The notes beneath the pieces were generated by a model. That model saw only the letters and a list, made by a program, of their open reading frames with translations, was not told where the DNA came from and searched no databases. This document shows, piece by piece, positions 9,999-20,015 of a stretch of DNA of 64,000 nucleotides. Numbering within the stretch: position 1 is the stretch's first letter; each line of letters opens with the position of its first letter. The DNA is from a virus, in IMG/VR virus record IMGVR_UViG_3300021197_001203, positions 1 to 64,000 of that record. One strand, given 5' to 3'. The position numbers and the translations under genes are program-made.

Positions 9999-11315
9999 TT
10001 ATTCTCCACGTATTGCTCTCCTTGCTAGGTCTTCAACAGCTCTCCAGCCGTCAATGTCACTACCCATTGCGTTAAACTCTTCATGTGTAGGGATTCGGAT
10101 GTCTGATGTTGTAGGTACTGCAACTGCTGATTTTTGTATATCTGCATTTACAGTTCTTAGTGATGCAATTTCTTGCTGTAATGCTGCGATCTGCCCGCTA
10201 TAATCAGATGCTTTTTGCATCTCCATAGCTCTAGCTGATTCAGCTTGATAACGCTCTTCCCATTGGGATTTTACGACTGACTTTAGATTTTCTTCATCAC
10301 GCATACCAGCGTATGCTCTATAACCACGCTCTAATCCTTCAGCGGTGACTTCATTTGATTCTTTGATTACGGACCTGTTGCCCTTTGGTGCCTCCATCTT
10401 CATCTTAGCTGGTGCCTTGATTACGTTTTTATTACCGCTAGCTGCTGGTAATGAAGGGTATGTAGGTTCAGAAGCATCTTCTCCGCTTCCAATCTCATCT
10501 CCCTGCCCTCGGTGTGAATAGCCCTGACCATCGCCCGGCAAATATGCCTTAGCTAATCCGAAGTGACCTCTTAATTTATCAAGATCAATTCCTTGTTCGT
10601 GAGCAAACTTCTCTAATGTGTCGATGTAAGCTACTGCTGTATCGTTAGATTTGTTCATCACTGGGGCTTCTGCTGGTTCTTCTTCGTCAATATGTTTTAG
10701 CACTCTTGCTAATCCATCTCGTATTTCACTTAGGGCTTCTGCATTATCTGTCATTTTTTCCACTTCCGGGTTTTCCATTTTTAATATAGTATAACGAGCT
10801 TCGGGGTTTATTCCTTTTTTACACAAAGTCACTTCATGCAATTCCAGCTCGGTAATCTCACGGTGGCTTCCATGCTCAGGCGTATGTTTACTAACCCTGA
10901 ACAAAGCTTGTCCACCAATAGAGAAGGCACGTAATTCATTATCTCTAATTTGCTTTTGTACCTCTCTAGCTTTCTGTATATCGCTGCGTATCTTACAAAC
11001 AACGAATAGGCCATGATCGTCAACTTCTGATTTCCATAATCGGCCATTTGAATCGGTGTGGTCTGCTACAACTTCTCCTACTTGTATTCCACTGTGCGCT
11101 AATTGCACATTTCTGAAAGCTTTGTTTTCCATGAAACTTCCAAATGCTTTCTTCAAAGCATCAGCAGGTATTCTATCTCCCTGCTTGTCCACCATGTCCA
11201 CACTAGCATATCCAGCTATGTATAAGTCATTACCAGCTTGAGACTTTAAGATAAAGTCTGACCCTACTGCACTCCACTTAAGGGAGGGTTGTATGGCTAA
11301 TGCGGCGGATGACAT
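9999..11315 (-). CDS. Prohead protease (HK97/S78-type) fused to scaffold domain
   Basis: IAGYASVDMVDKQGDRI, H (LAHSG), FSIGG (catalytic Ser) and LHEVTLC...NPEA, then an acidic coiled-coil C-terminus. Start at ATG 11315, TATA-like TTCATATA at 11340-11347. Confidence 0.88.
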   Translation of the reverse strand: MSSAALAIQPSLKWSAVGSDFILKSQAGNDLYIAGYASVDMVDKQGDRIPADALKKAFGSFMENKAFRNVQLAHSGIQVGEVVADHTDSNGRLWKSEVDDHGLFVVCKIRSDIQKAREVQKQIRDNELRAFSIGGQALFRVSKHTPEHGSHREITELELHEVTLCKKGINPEARYTILKMENPEVEKMTDNAEALSEIRDGLARVLKHIDEEEPAEAPVMNKSNDTAVAYIDTLEKFAHEQGIDLDKLRGHFGLAKAYLPGDGQGYSHRGQGDEIGSGEDASEPTYPSLPAASGNKNVIKAPAKMKMEAPKGNRSVIKESNEVTAEGLERGYRAYAGMRDEENLKSVVKSQWEERYQAESARAMEMQKASDYSGQIAALQQEIASLRTVNADIQKSAVAVPTTSDIRIPTHEEFNAMGSDIDGWRAVEDLARRAIRGE

Positions 11316-11378
11316 TAACAACTAATTATTTTACAATGGTATATGAATGAGATTGTGTTAAGGCTGACAACCCTAACA

Positions 11379-14300
11379 TCATACCGAATCAGTCCTAACG
11401 CTAGGCTGCGCCGCTGCATCAGCGATTTTTTCTTTTTTTTCTTTTTTTGGAAAACGCATCACTGCACCGTTTTCATCCATTTCTATTTTGGGCTTTTCTA
11501 ACTCGTCATCAGGGAATATATTTAGCATGGGTATATTGTGTTTTTCTTGGTCATCGTCCCTGCCCTCTTTTGGGTCTCCAAAAGTAGTATTTTCTTCGTC
11601 ATCAATAGTAGTAGCACCAGTGGGGGCGGTAATATCACCCTGCATACCTGACCACGCACCGCCATCACTGGATGCTCTATTCATTCTAGGAAAAGCAAAC
11701 TTCTCAATTGGAGTATCTGCAATATCGTCATCCACTGCTTGATTTACTGTCCATTTATTATCTTCAGTTCTTTCGATCCCATATTCATTTCCAAATCTCA
11801 ATAGGTGGTCTTCTTTGAGTCCATCTATTTTTTCTTCCAGCTGATCAGAGGTCAAAGAAATCTCTTCCTCAGTAATAACTTTAGATACGTGCCTCATCAT
11901 ATGTGCAATTTCGTCTTCTTCACCATTTGGTTCAAGGATAGCCGGGGCCTTTTGAATAATCTTCTTTTTCTTTTTACGGCGGGGATTAACAGAATGAATG
12001 GCCTGTAATGTCCCCTCGGTTGTCGAGGACACCATTCCCGTACCTTCGCCTCCACCACCTACTCCCGCAGCTGCACCTTCTTTCAAAACCAATGCGGCTG
12101 GGGCAGACCAAAGGTCAAATTGAGATTGAGCTTGTTTTACCAAATATGACAATCCTTCGTAAGATTCAACGAATATGCCGTTTTCATCAGTATTGGTCTT
12201 AACAATAACTGGCGAAACAATCTCAGGATATTCAAGTATAATATCAGTTCCTTTCACTAATAACTCAGGCAAAGGAGGATAAATCTTAGTTTTAGATATA
12301 TCATCATTAACGAATAATACCCATTTTGGATGTAATTCTTTATCTTTAATAAAAGTGGAATAAGAATCTCTAACTAAAAACTCGCCTTTATCAAAACCAG
12401 CTATTGATTTAACAAGTCCTTCATCATCTGAAAATACACAATTAGAAGGTGCTGGGAAATGAATATTGTCCGTTGAATGGTATAATGTGCGTAATACATT
12501 TATTCGGTCAGATAACGGTTCAAACGATAAATCGGAACCTTTGTGGACTAACAAATCAACAACTGATAATTTTTTATCATTCAAATAACCATCAATTGTG
12601 AAGTCTCCTTTCATACCTTTCAAGTCTTTTTGGATGTTGTTCGGTAGTCTTGGCTCTATTGATTTGCCTTTCTTTTCAATAAGCATACGACTCCCTAATG
12701 GTTTAGTTTGTATGACCCAATCTCCGCTAAACCCTTTTAATTCTGTAAGATCGTCAAAAGCTTTGACGGTATGTGCTGGTGAAATTAGATTTTTATTAAA
12801 GACACCTGTTGGCTCATAATCATCTGATTTATGCAAATCAGCAATTAAAGAAGGATAATTCTGATAATTAGACGTTAGTAGGTTAATATCCTTGTCTTTT
12901 GTCATTATAGTTTTCAAACTAAAAGCTGGGTCTAATTGTTTAACGTGTCCTTCATGTGCTGTTCTTTGAAGTATAATAAAAGGTTCTTCAGTTTGAGATA
13001 TTTCTATATCTAAAGTGTCAGGATTAAATGTCCATGCTATGTTTGTGGGCATAGGATGACCCCAAGCATCATTATTTCCTGTATTAAATATAGGGGCCAC
13101 TACCCCATGTGATTCAGGAGAAACCGCACCTAATGTTTCTTCAAAGCTTTCAAGCTGCCCTGATTCAAGATTAGGTAAAGCCATAGGAGAATGTCTAGCC
13201 ACATCGCCTTGACGCATCAAATTGTAATTTGCAGCTGCGAGGAATTGCTGAATATTGCCTCTAGCCAAAGTATTACCCTCAACGTCAGTGAATCCCGGCT
13301 CATCATCAATTGGTCCTGTAATAATTTCTGACCCTAATTCTTTCATCGCACGTTGCGATAGTCTCATCGCTTCTCTTGTTATCGCATTACTAGAAAGAAT
13401 TGAAAAACGATTATGTAATTGATGATATTTTTCATTTGAGTTAGGATGTTGTGAACCTAGAAATGGTGCCCCGTGTTCACCTATATTCATCATAGTCATA
13501 CCAAAGGGGCTTAACATATACGCATCGTGAGGTATTTCCATAATACTCCCCTGACCTTCAATTTCTGAGGGATGCAAATGATGATGATTAGAAGCTGAGG
13601 TCCATAAGGCCCTCTTTCTCTCAAAGTCTAAATCACCCTCTGAATGACTTGACAATATTGAAGATAATTCTCCGCTACCTAATTCGGTATTAGCAGACTT
13701 AGGAAAATGAGAACCTGCAATAGAATGTTTGCCGTCTAAAACCAACCCATCAAATAACAAACTTTCTAACCATGAGCCGTTAAAAACATTAGAATAAGAT
13801 TGATTAAATAATTGTCTCAATGAATTAAAATCCCTACCGACACCACCCCAATACTGAAAAGGTTCCCACCAATGATAATTGTGGCTTTGTGTAATACCTT
13901 CTTCAGTCATTACCCACGGTGAAGAATGATGTCTGTCAAATGATGCCTGATCGGGGTGGGGTCGAGTAGGGCCTGATTTGTCGGCTGGCCTAGCCCACCA
14001 AGCGGCCAACGGTGTAAATCTGTCCCTCCAATTTCGCAATGCTCTGTCCCAACTTAACCCGCCTTTTTCTTTTATTTGATTAGTAGCAAAGTCAACATCC
14101 GGTGAACCTTCTTCAGCATTAGACAATCTCCCTAACAAATCCATAAACTCGTCTCTTTGGGTAGTAGTCTGATATTCTAAACCAAATAAATAAGATAGAA
14201 GCCCATAGTCATAATTTAATTCTTCAGTTTTATTTTGGATATATTCTTCGTCTGAAAACTCACCATATCTGCCTCTATCAATATTATACAGGTCTAACAT

Positions 14301-14792
14301 TGTATCTGAGGGGTCTCCCATTACCAAGCGTTGTTCTTTCAAATCAACACGGATTCTTCTTTCAGCCTCTCTATGTGCATTCATCAATTCCCCTGTAAAC
14401 CTCATAACGTGTTTGGTATATTCGGGTTCACCGTGGGCCGCCCCATGCAATAGAGGACAACAATTTGATTGAGGGTGAAATGGATGATGCTCTCCAAAAC
14501 GATTGTCTTTTTCGGCTAACGGCCAGTCCCCCGCATAAGATGTTGAAACCTTAGTGTGCCCTGAAAGGAACTCACTCATTGATTCAGGAATTACCATTGT
14601 TGAAGGTTTCATTGGTTTGTCCAAATCTCTCATAGAATAAGGGGGCGGTGATGATGCAACGGCTAATGTAGCTGCATCCATGTTAGATTTAACAACTTGT
14701 AAATTAGACATATAATCTTCTAAAGCGGGTTTGCCACCTGTTAAAGAAGAAAGTAATACGTCAGTGCGTTGTCTTACAATTTCTTCCGTCAT
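11379..14792 (-). CDS. Large head-module protein containing a degenerate ATP-dependent ligase/nucleotidyltransferase-like domain
   Basis: At ~12290-12830: WVIQTKPLGSR (motif I-like), FTIDGY (III), VVDLL..G..L...PL.DR..L (IIIa), EFLVRD..S.F (IV) and KWV (V). Several catalytic positions differ from consensus. Confidence 0.7.
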   Translation of the reverse strand: MTEEIVRQRTDVLLSSLTGGKPALEDYMSNLQVVKSNMDAATLAVASSPPPYSMRDLDKPMKPSTMVIPESMSEFLSGHTKVSTSYAGDWPLAEKDNRFGEHHPFHPQSNCCPLLHGAAHGEPEYTKHVMRFTGELMNAHREAERRIRVDLKEQRLVMGDPSDTMLDLYNIDRGRYGEFSDEEYIQNKTEELNYDYGLLSYLFGLEYQTTTQRDEFMDLLGRLSNAEEGSPDVDFATNQIKEKGGLSWDRALRNWRDRFTPLAAWWARPADKSGPTRPHPDQASFDRHHSSPWVMTEEGITQSHNYHWWEPFQYWGGVGRDFNSLRQLFNQSYSNVFNGSWLESLLFDGLVLDGKHSIAGSHFPKSANTELGSGELSSILSSHSEGDLDFERKRALWTSASNHHHLHPSEIEGQGSIMEIPHDAYMLSPFGMTMMNIGEHGAPFLGSQHPNSNEKYHQLHNRFSILSSNAITREAMRLSQRAMKELGSEIITGPIDDEPGFTDVEGNTLARGNIQQFLAAANYNLMRQGDVARHSPMALPNLESGQLESFEETLGAVSPESHGVVAPIFNTGNNDAWGHPMPTNIAWTFNPDTLDIEISQTEEPFIILQRTAHEGHVKQLDPAFSLKTIMTKDKDINLLTSNYQNYPSLIADLHKSDDYEPTGVFNKNLISPAHTVKAFDDLTELKGFSGDWVIQTKPLGSRMLIEKKGKSIEPRLPNNIQKDLKGMKGDFTIDGYLNDKKLSVVDLLVHKGSDLSFEPLSDRINVLRTLYHSTDNIHFPAPSNCVFSDDEGLVKSIAGFDKGEFLVRDSYSTFIKDKELHPKWVLFVNDDISKTKIYPPLPELLVKGTDIILEYPEIVSPVIVKTNTDENGIFVESYEGLSYLVKQAQSQFDLWSAPAALVLKEGAAAGVGGGGEGTGMVSSTTEGTLQAIHSVNPRRKKKKKIIQKAPAILEPNGEEDEIAHMMRHVSKVITEEEISLTSDQLEEKIDGLKEDHLLRFGNEYGIERTEDNKWTVNQAVDDDIADTPIEKFAFPRMNRASSDGGAWSGMQGDITAPTGATTIDDEENTTFGDPKEGRDDDQEKHNIPMLNIFPDDELEKPKIEMDENGAVMRFPKKEKKEKIADAAAQPSVRTDSV

Positions 14793-14801
14793 ATACTCAC
14801 C

Positions 14802-15686
14802 TCACAGGCGAGCATACACTTTTTCAATGAGACTCGCAATCTCTTCAATAATACCTTCTTTACCTACGGTTGATTTCTTGATCTGCGCCAGCTTGTCTTC
14901 AAATGAGTCTAGGTTATCTGCTGTGCCGCCACCATCAGTGTAGTGCATATGAAGGGTCGAACCATCGGGGCCATATCCTGTTTGAGCTGCTGATGGCATT
15001 TTATACACTTCACTAATACCCTTTTTCGCAGTAGCATCCTCAGTGTATGGCAACACTCCATTAGTACCATACCCTTGAGACCTTATTTGTGCTGAACCTG
15101 AAACCTCGACAAACTGCGGCCTAGATTCTTTTGGCTCAACTTCGTATTTTACAAAAATCCCACGTTCTCTTAGGAATGCCGTGGTTGCATCTTCTTTCTC
15201 AACTTTGCCACATTCCTTGTCGCATTGAGCCTTTTGTGTATCTGAACATTCAGAATATTTGCATCCAAAGTGTTTTTGACAATAACTATTCTTTTCACTC
15301 ATGTCAGCCTTTTTTACCTTCATTTGCTTAAAATCATCGCCATCTATGTCGCCATCTTTGTCTTTATCGAGTTCTTTTTGCCCACCGATTAAAGGTTTTT
15401 TGCCTTTACCGATCTTATTTTTATTACCTTTAGGAGACGGCAGGTCCGGCATTTTTTTATCGCCTCTATCCGATTTATATCCTTTATCCTCATCCATGTA
15501 AGCCATAGAATTATACATAGCTGTTTTCGATTTTTTCACTGGATAGCAATCCTCGCAGCCATCATCGTCATCGCTACAATTCATACAATTGTAGTTTTTA
15601 GTGACTGCTTTTTCTAATCTTCTAACCATCCCTAATAATTGACCAGTCGGTGTATCTTTCATTGGGTCCGTATATCTTAAACTCAT
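14802..15686 (-). CDS. Putative internal head protein (Cys-rich, EF-hand-like loop)
   Basis: LDKDKDGDIDGDDF loop, Cys clusters, and many xxK-[AS] sites. Confidence 0.65.
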   Translation of the reverse strand: MSLRYTDPMKDTPTGQLLGMVRRLEKAVTKNYNCMNCSDDDDGCEDCYPVKKSKTAMYNSMAYMDEDKGYKSDRGDKKMPDLPSPKGNKNKIGKGKKPLIGGQKELDKDKDGDIDGDDFKQMKVKKADMSEKNSYCQKHFGCKYSECSDTQKAQCDKECGKVEKEDATTAFLRERGIFVKYEVEPKESRPQFVEVSGSAQIRSQGYGTNGVLPYTEDATAKKGISEVYKMPSAAQTGYGPDGSTLHMHYTDGGGTADNLDSFEDKLAQIKKSTVGKEGIIEEIASLIEKVYARL

Positions 15687-16009
15687 CTCATCGCCTCTTC
15701 TGCTTCAATCCATTCTTGTAATTCATCATAACGAGATTTAGATTTTTGGAATGTTTCACCAGTGCCCGCAAATGGTCCTACTGTATCGCTATTATTGGAC
15801 ATCTCTCTATTTAATGGGTCGAAAGTTTCTGCTGGATGTGGTGTTGAATATCTAAGATACCCCGCTTTACGCATAAGAATCTCAGGGTCCTCCATAGCTT
15901 TACGAAGGTCATTGTTTTCGCTTTCAACAAAAGCTAATCTTTCATTCAAAGCTCTTAGCTCACCCACTACTTGTTTTAGAACATCCAAGTTCATTTGGTC
16001 ATCGCTCAT
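15683..16009 (-). CDS. Hypothetical coiled-coil protein
   Basis: 108-aa ORF coupled to neighbours by ATGA overlaps. Confidence 0.65.
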   Translation of the reverse strand: MSDDQMNLDVLKQVVGELRALNERLAFVESENNDLRKAMEDPEILMRKAGYLRYSTPHPAETFDPLNREMSNNSDTVGPFAGTGETFQKSKSRYDELQEWIEAEEAMR

Positions 16010-16530
16010 ATCCTAAAGCCTCCTGCTTGACCGTCTATTGGAGGCATAGCAACGCCTTCGCCAACATCCATCTTAGGTGATTGCACAGGTGCATCGTATT
16101 GCATCAAAGTCGCATTGAGTTGTTTTGCTTGAGCTAATGCACTACCAGCGGCTGTAAGTTGTTCCTCGATCATCTTCATGCTCATGTCAAATTGCATGAC
16201 AGCTTCTTCCGGCATACCGTTTTTACGAAACATGGCCATCAAACCGTGTCTTTGCCCTAATTGTTGGCCTAACGCACCGACAGAATCTAACAATGAATCA
16301 ACATAATTTCCGCCTTCGGCTTGCGCTGGGACAACTGGTGCGCCCATCATATCACCAAACGCCTGATTTTGTACGGGTTGGGTATTTGACAGACCAGCAC
16401 CTGCTGGAGTTTCGGGGTTAGCCGCATTCATAGCAGCTTCAGGGTCAGCCGCTGCTTTGCTTATGGCCATGTTCTGTATTTCTAAGGCTCGCATCCTTTG
16501 AGCTATCGACCCACGATTTGATTCATACAA
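16006..16530 (-). CDS. Hypothetical protein (Met/Ala/Gln-rich)
   Basis: TTG start with GAGGTG RBS. Lies between portal and protease. Confidence 0.65.
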   Translation of the reverse strand: MYESNRGSIAQRMRALEIQNMAISKAAADPEAAMNAANPETPAGAGLSNTQPVQNQAFGDMMGAPVVPAQAEGGNYVDSLLDSVGALGQQLGQRHGLMAMFRKNGMPEEAVMQFDMSMKMIEEQLTAAGSALAQAKQLNATLMQYDAPVQSPKMDVGEGVAMPPIDGQAGGFRI

Positions 16531-16540
16531 CTAAGCCACC

Positions 16541-16897
16541 TCAATAAACTATGTGTTCTCGATACAATTTACTGGTTCGGCCCGGTCTTACAACGCCAAA
16601 CACTTCTGCGTCTTCTCCACCATTGAATGTATTCTCATGGTTGTTGGGAATAAAAGCCGTACCTTTTTGGATCAAAGAATCTGAGGGTGCTGGTGCTGCT
16701 TTCGACAAACGGTCATGCAATTGTAAATCGTCTTCGACCATTGAAAGAGCGTTTTTAGCAATGAGTAATTGTTGCTCAATTAAGTTTCTATCATTAGTGT
16801 CTATTCCTTTTTGCATTGCCTCAACAGCCGCTAAACATCTGCGAGCCATTGGGTCCATTTTTGCTAGTATATCAAAGCCCTCGCCCATATGTATCAA
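16541..16897 (-). CDS. Hypothetical protein
   Basis: 118-aa ORF downstream of portal. N-terminus EGFDILAK is a weak tag-like sequence. Confidence 0.65.
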   Translation of the reverse strand: MIHMGEGFDILAKMDPMARRCLAAVEAMQKGIDTNDRNLIEQQLLIAKNALSMVEDDLQLHDRLSKAAPAPSDSLIQKGTAFIPNNHENTFNGGEDAEVFGVVRPGRTSKLYREHIVY

Positions 16898-16921
16898 ACT
16901 CCCTACGAATTACAATCCTAT

Positions 16922-18715
16922 TCAAGACTTGTCCTCTTCTTTGCCTCTTTGACCATCAATATTTAATCTTTTTAATTTTGCATTGGCTCTTTTTAATGCA
17001 GGGGGGTCATCAGTATTTTTATTGCCTTTAGATGATATTGGTGAGCCTTCGTTATGAATTACTCTATCACCTGCATTGCCCTTTACCGAAGACCGTGTTT
17101 GGGATATTCCCCCTTCTCTAGCTGGGCGTATATCAGTACCTCTTGTTGTGACAGCAGCAGCAGCATCAGGGACACTGCCGTGAATAGGGTCATTAACATC
17201 TCTTTTGAATAATCCAAAAGCACCCATATCCTGCTTTTGCACTCCAGCACCCCCGCCAGCAGCTTGTTGTTCGGCCATCGCAGCCTCCTGTGCTGCCACT
17301 TCTTCGGGGTCCGGTTCCGCATAATCGAAAGTCAAATATGCGTCATCAACTGTGTCCCTCAATTTAGCATCAAATCCTGCTTGCTTCATTTGCATCATAT
17401 TGCGGATAGCCATCTCATCTCGGCGTAATTGCATTATCTCATCCTCTTCTTCGTGAGGCGTTAATGTTATTTCCCATTCAGTTATACCGAATGCTTCTAA
17501 CAATGCAGGGAATAAAAGACGGTTGTATATTGATTGTGAAAAGGACACTGATCGGTTGCTGACAACAATTTGCATACCTTCGTTATTTAATCCGCCTCCG
17601 GTCACATCATTCATAAATACATTAGATACACCATAAAAGGCGGATATACGTTGTCTGATGTCATCTTTAATTGGTATGTATTGTAGCTCTTCTAATGTGT
17701 CCATCATACGAACATACTCTATTCCTCCCCTACCTGATTCCGTCTCAACACCTATGGTTGGCACATAGTTAGGGTCACGTTCAAGATGTTCTTGGATATT
17801 CCTTGCTGTTCTCTCAACAGTTTCCATGTTTGATGATTTAATGACCATAATACCTCTTGGCATTCTTCTCTTTTGATATGCGGAATAGACATAGTTATCC
17901 ATAGCAATCAATGTATTGACTTGTCTCCACATAGTAGCAACTGGACTACGCCCATACAATTTTGAAGGGGACCATTTACTAAGATGAATAATTTCACCTT
18001 CAGTATAACATTGCCCGTTGCCCACTCCAGCTAAGTTCATGTAATGTATTGGCACTACATTCATACCAGTAGTTGGACATTTATCATTAGGGTCCGAAGT
18101 GCGGAACGACCTGTCAACAAGGCTGGTGTATTGATTACCCCCTCTTACCCCTCTTTTATCGGACAAAATACGCATAAATATAGGGTCTGCTCTCGATATT
18201 TCCTTAATCCTAAAAAACGTGGCCGCCTTTGTTTTAGGGTCAATAAAATATTCCTTTGTCACTACGAGATAGGCATCATCGACAATATTCAAATCCATTT
18301 CTAATTCTCTTAAAACATCAATAAACGTCTGCCCCATTTCATTCGTACTCCTGAATACCATGTCTGCATATTCTATTTGTGAACGGTCAGCTTTTCTCAT
18401 TTCGCCCCCCGTTTCAGGGTCGCTTTCATATTGTTGTCCGAACTCTTGATCAGTGTCTATACTTTTTACAACAAACTTTGGTTTCCATGCCCAGCCTTTA
18501 CGAAATGTTTCAACACATAAATGATTCAATATTGACCTTAAAACCATGCACTCGTAAGATGCTGCATACAAAGCAGGGATAGTAATACCCTGAAGTAAGG
18601 CAGGTTCTTGAATACCTGATGTAAATAAGGGCATTGAGGGTTTAGGACTAGAATGCCTCTCCATGTCCATTCCCACTGCTGAGAATAATCGTTCCATTCT
18701 TTTTTTATCGACCAT
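16922..18715 (-). CDS. Portal protein
   Basis: DLNIVDDAYL, EIIHL..WSP..LYGRSP, PRGIMVI and RISAFYGVS are HK97-like portal motifs. Located after terminase. Confidence 0.9.
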   Translation of the reverse strand: MVDKKRMERLFSAVGMDMERHSSPKPSMPLFTSGIQEPALLQGITIPALYAASYECMVLRSILNHLCVETFRKGWAWKPKFVVKSIDTDQEFGQQYESDPETGGEMRKADRSQIEYADMVFRSTNEMGQTFIDVLRELEMDLNIVDDAYLVVTKEYFIDPKTKAATFFRIKEISRADPIFMRILSDKRGVRGGNQYTSLVDRSFRTSDPNDKCPTTGMNVVPIHYMNLAGVGNGQCYTEGEIIHLSKWSPSKLYGRSPVATMWRQVNTLIAMDNYVYSAYQKRRMPRGIMVIKSSNMETVERTARNIQEHLERDPNYVPTIGVETESGRGGIEYVRMMDTLEELQYIPIKDDIRQRISAFYGVSNVFMNDVTGGGLNNEGMQIVVSNRSVSFSQSIYNRLLFPALLEAFGITEWEITLTPHEEEDEIMQLRRDEMAIRNMMQMKQAGFDAKLRDTVDDAYLTFDYAEPDPEEVAAQEAAMAEQQAAGGGAGVQKQDMGAFGLFKRDVNDPIHGSVPDAAAAVTTRGTDIRPAREGGISQTRSSVKGNAGDRVIHNEGSPISSKGNKNTDDPPALKRANAKLKRLNIDGQRGKEEDKS

Positions 18716-20015
18716 TCATCAACACCTTTTCTTTCATCTTATCAAATCTTTCAATAGAAACATTCTTGCTTTTTAGAAATGTGACTTGTTCCTTCCTATT
18801 TAATGAATCATGAACCATAACAATCAAAGCGTCTTTATCACCAACAAGTGCTTTAGATAACATAAATGCCTCATGCGAAGAGTCCGTGATGTATGGTGAA
18901 GCCATCTCAACTGCCTTAATAACTCCTTTCTCTCCTTCAATACATAAACCCGAAGACGTTGATTTTACACAATTCATATCCATTTCGTTATTCAACGCAT
19001 CGGCATACCACGGCGCAGTAGGGGCATTAAACCTCATTTCAATACGTGGTTTCATCCTACTATCAAACCTTACCGAAGAATTAGTTTCGATCAGGCCAGC
19101 TAAGAACCTGCCCGCATCTTTTAGAATAACATCTCTTCGTTTTATATCATAGAACAATCCTCTTCCTAAAGTTTTACTAACCTCTCCCACTGATATAATG
19201 TCATAGAGAAAACCATGCGATTTAATCAAGGAGGATATTTCTCCTGTGCTGGCTGAGACACCATTTATTTTCAAAGTCTGAGCATTCAAAGCCCCTTTCT
19301 TGAACAAGTGTCCAGCACATTCACTTAATATTGTCCTCTCTCTAGGAGATAATCTTAGATTTGCATCTATTACTGATTTCCATGCTGTGTATGATTCCTG
19401 CTTTGCTAGAGAGTCATCAGCAGCCTCCCAAACCTTTACAAATCTTCTAAACGGTATTCCCAACCTGTTTGAATATTTATTCAAGCTATCGTAATCAACA
19501 TCAGTCAAAGGTAAATGTTTTACAAGTTCAGGTGAAACTCCGGGGAATGAGGATAGAATCGCTTTCTTTTCAGCAATCAACAAAGGGTATAATGCGTCTA
19601 ATGCTTTGAGTTCATTGGATTTGATAAATATTGAAGCCATTTCAGAACCTGTCATTCCAAAATTATCCACGAACCAAGTTCTGTTTATGTCTATATCTGA
19701 TCTTAGAAAACCATCTTCAGACGGTGCTGTCAGGTCTCCGTCCATCTCCGGCGCACTCGTATGAGAACTGTCCATTCCTTCAATGTCGGCCCCTTGACCT
19801 TCTTCAGTCTTTGGTTTCTTCATAGCTTGAGCATCTGTTTTTTGGGCCTCCGCTAATTCCGCCTGAGCTTGTGTCACCTTATTCATCGCCATTTCAGTTA
19901 GCTTACCGCCTACAACCCCTGCTGCTGCTGTTCCAGCGGCTGCTAACATTGGATTTTTTCTTATCGAATCAGCAAGCGTTTCCACGCCAATTTGGGTTTC
20001 TAAGTATTTACGCAT
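18705..20015 (-). CDS. Hypothetical protein with C-terminal degenerate LAGLIDADG-like domain
   Basis: FLAGLIETNSSV followed by a RIEMRF beta-strand (~18760-19130). Sits between terminase and portal. Confidence 0.6.
   Translation of the reverse strand: MRKYLETQIGVETLADSIRKNPMLAAAGTAAAGVVGGKLTEMAMNKVTQAQAELAEAQKTDAQAMKKPKTEEGQGADIEGMDSSHTSAPEMDGDLTAPSEDGFLRSDIDINRTWFVDNFGMTGSEMASIFIKSNELKALDALYPLLIAEKKAILSSFPGVSPELVKHLPLTDVDYDSLNKYSNRLGIPFRRFVKVWEAADDSLAKQESYTAWKSVIDANLRLSPRERTILSECAGHLFKKGALNAQTLKINGVSASTGEISSLIKSHGFLYDIISVGEVSKTLGRGLFYDIKRRDVILKDAGRFLAGLIETNSSVRFDSRMKPRIEMRFNAPTAPWYADALNNEMDMNCVKSTSSGLCIEGEKGVIKAVEMASPYITDSSHEAFMLSKALVGDKDALIVMVHDSLNRKEQVTFLKSKNVSIERFDKMKEKVLMNGR

Noticed and set aside
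11379-14792. Functional DNA ligase call
   Set aside because: Key motif residues are altered and no OB domain is evident, so it is reported only as ligase-like.
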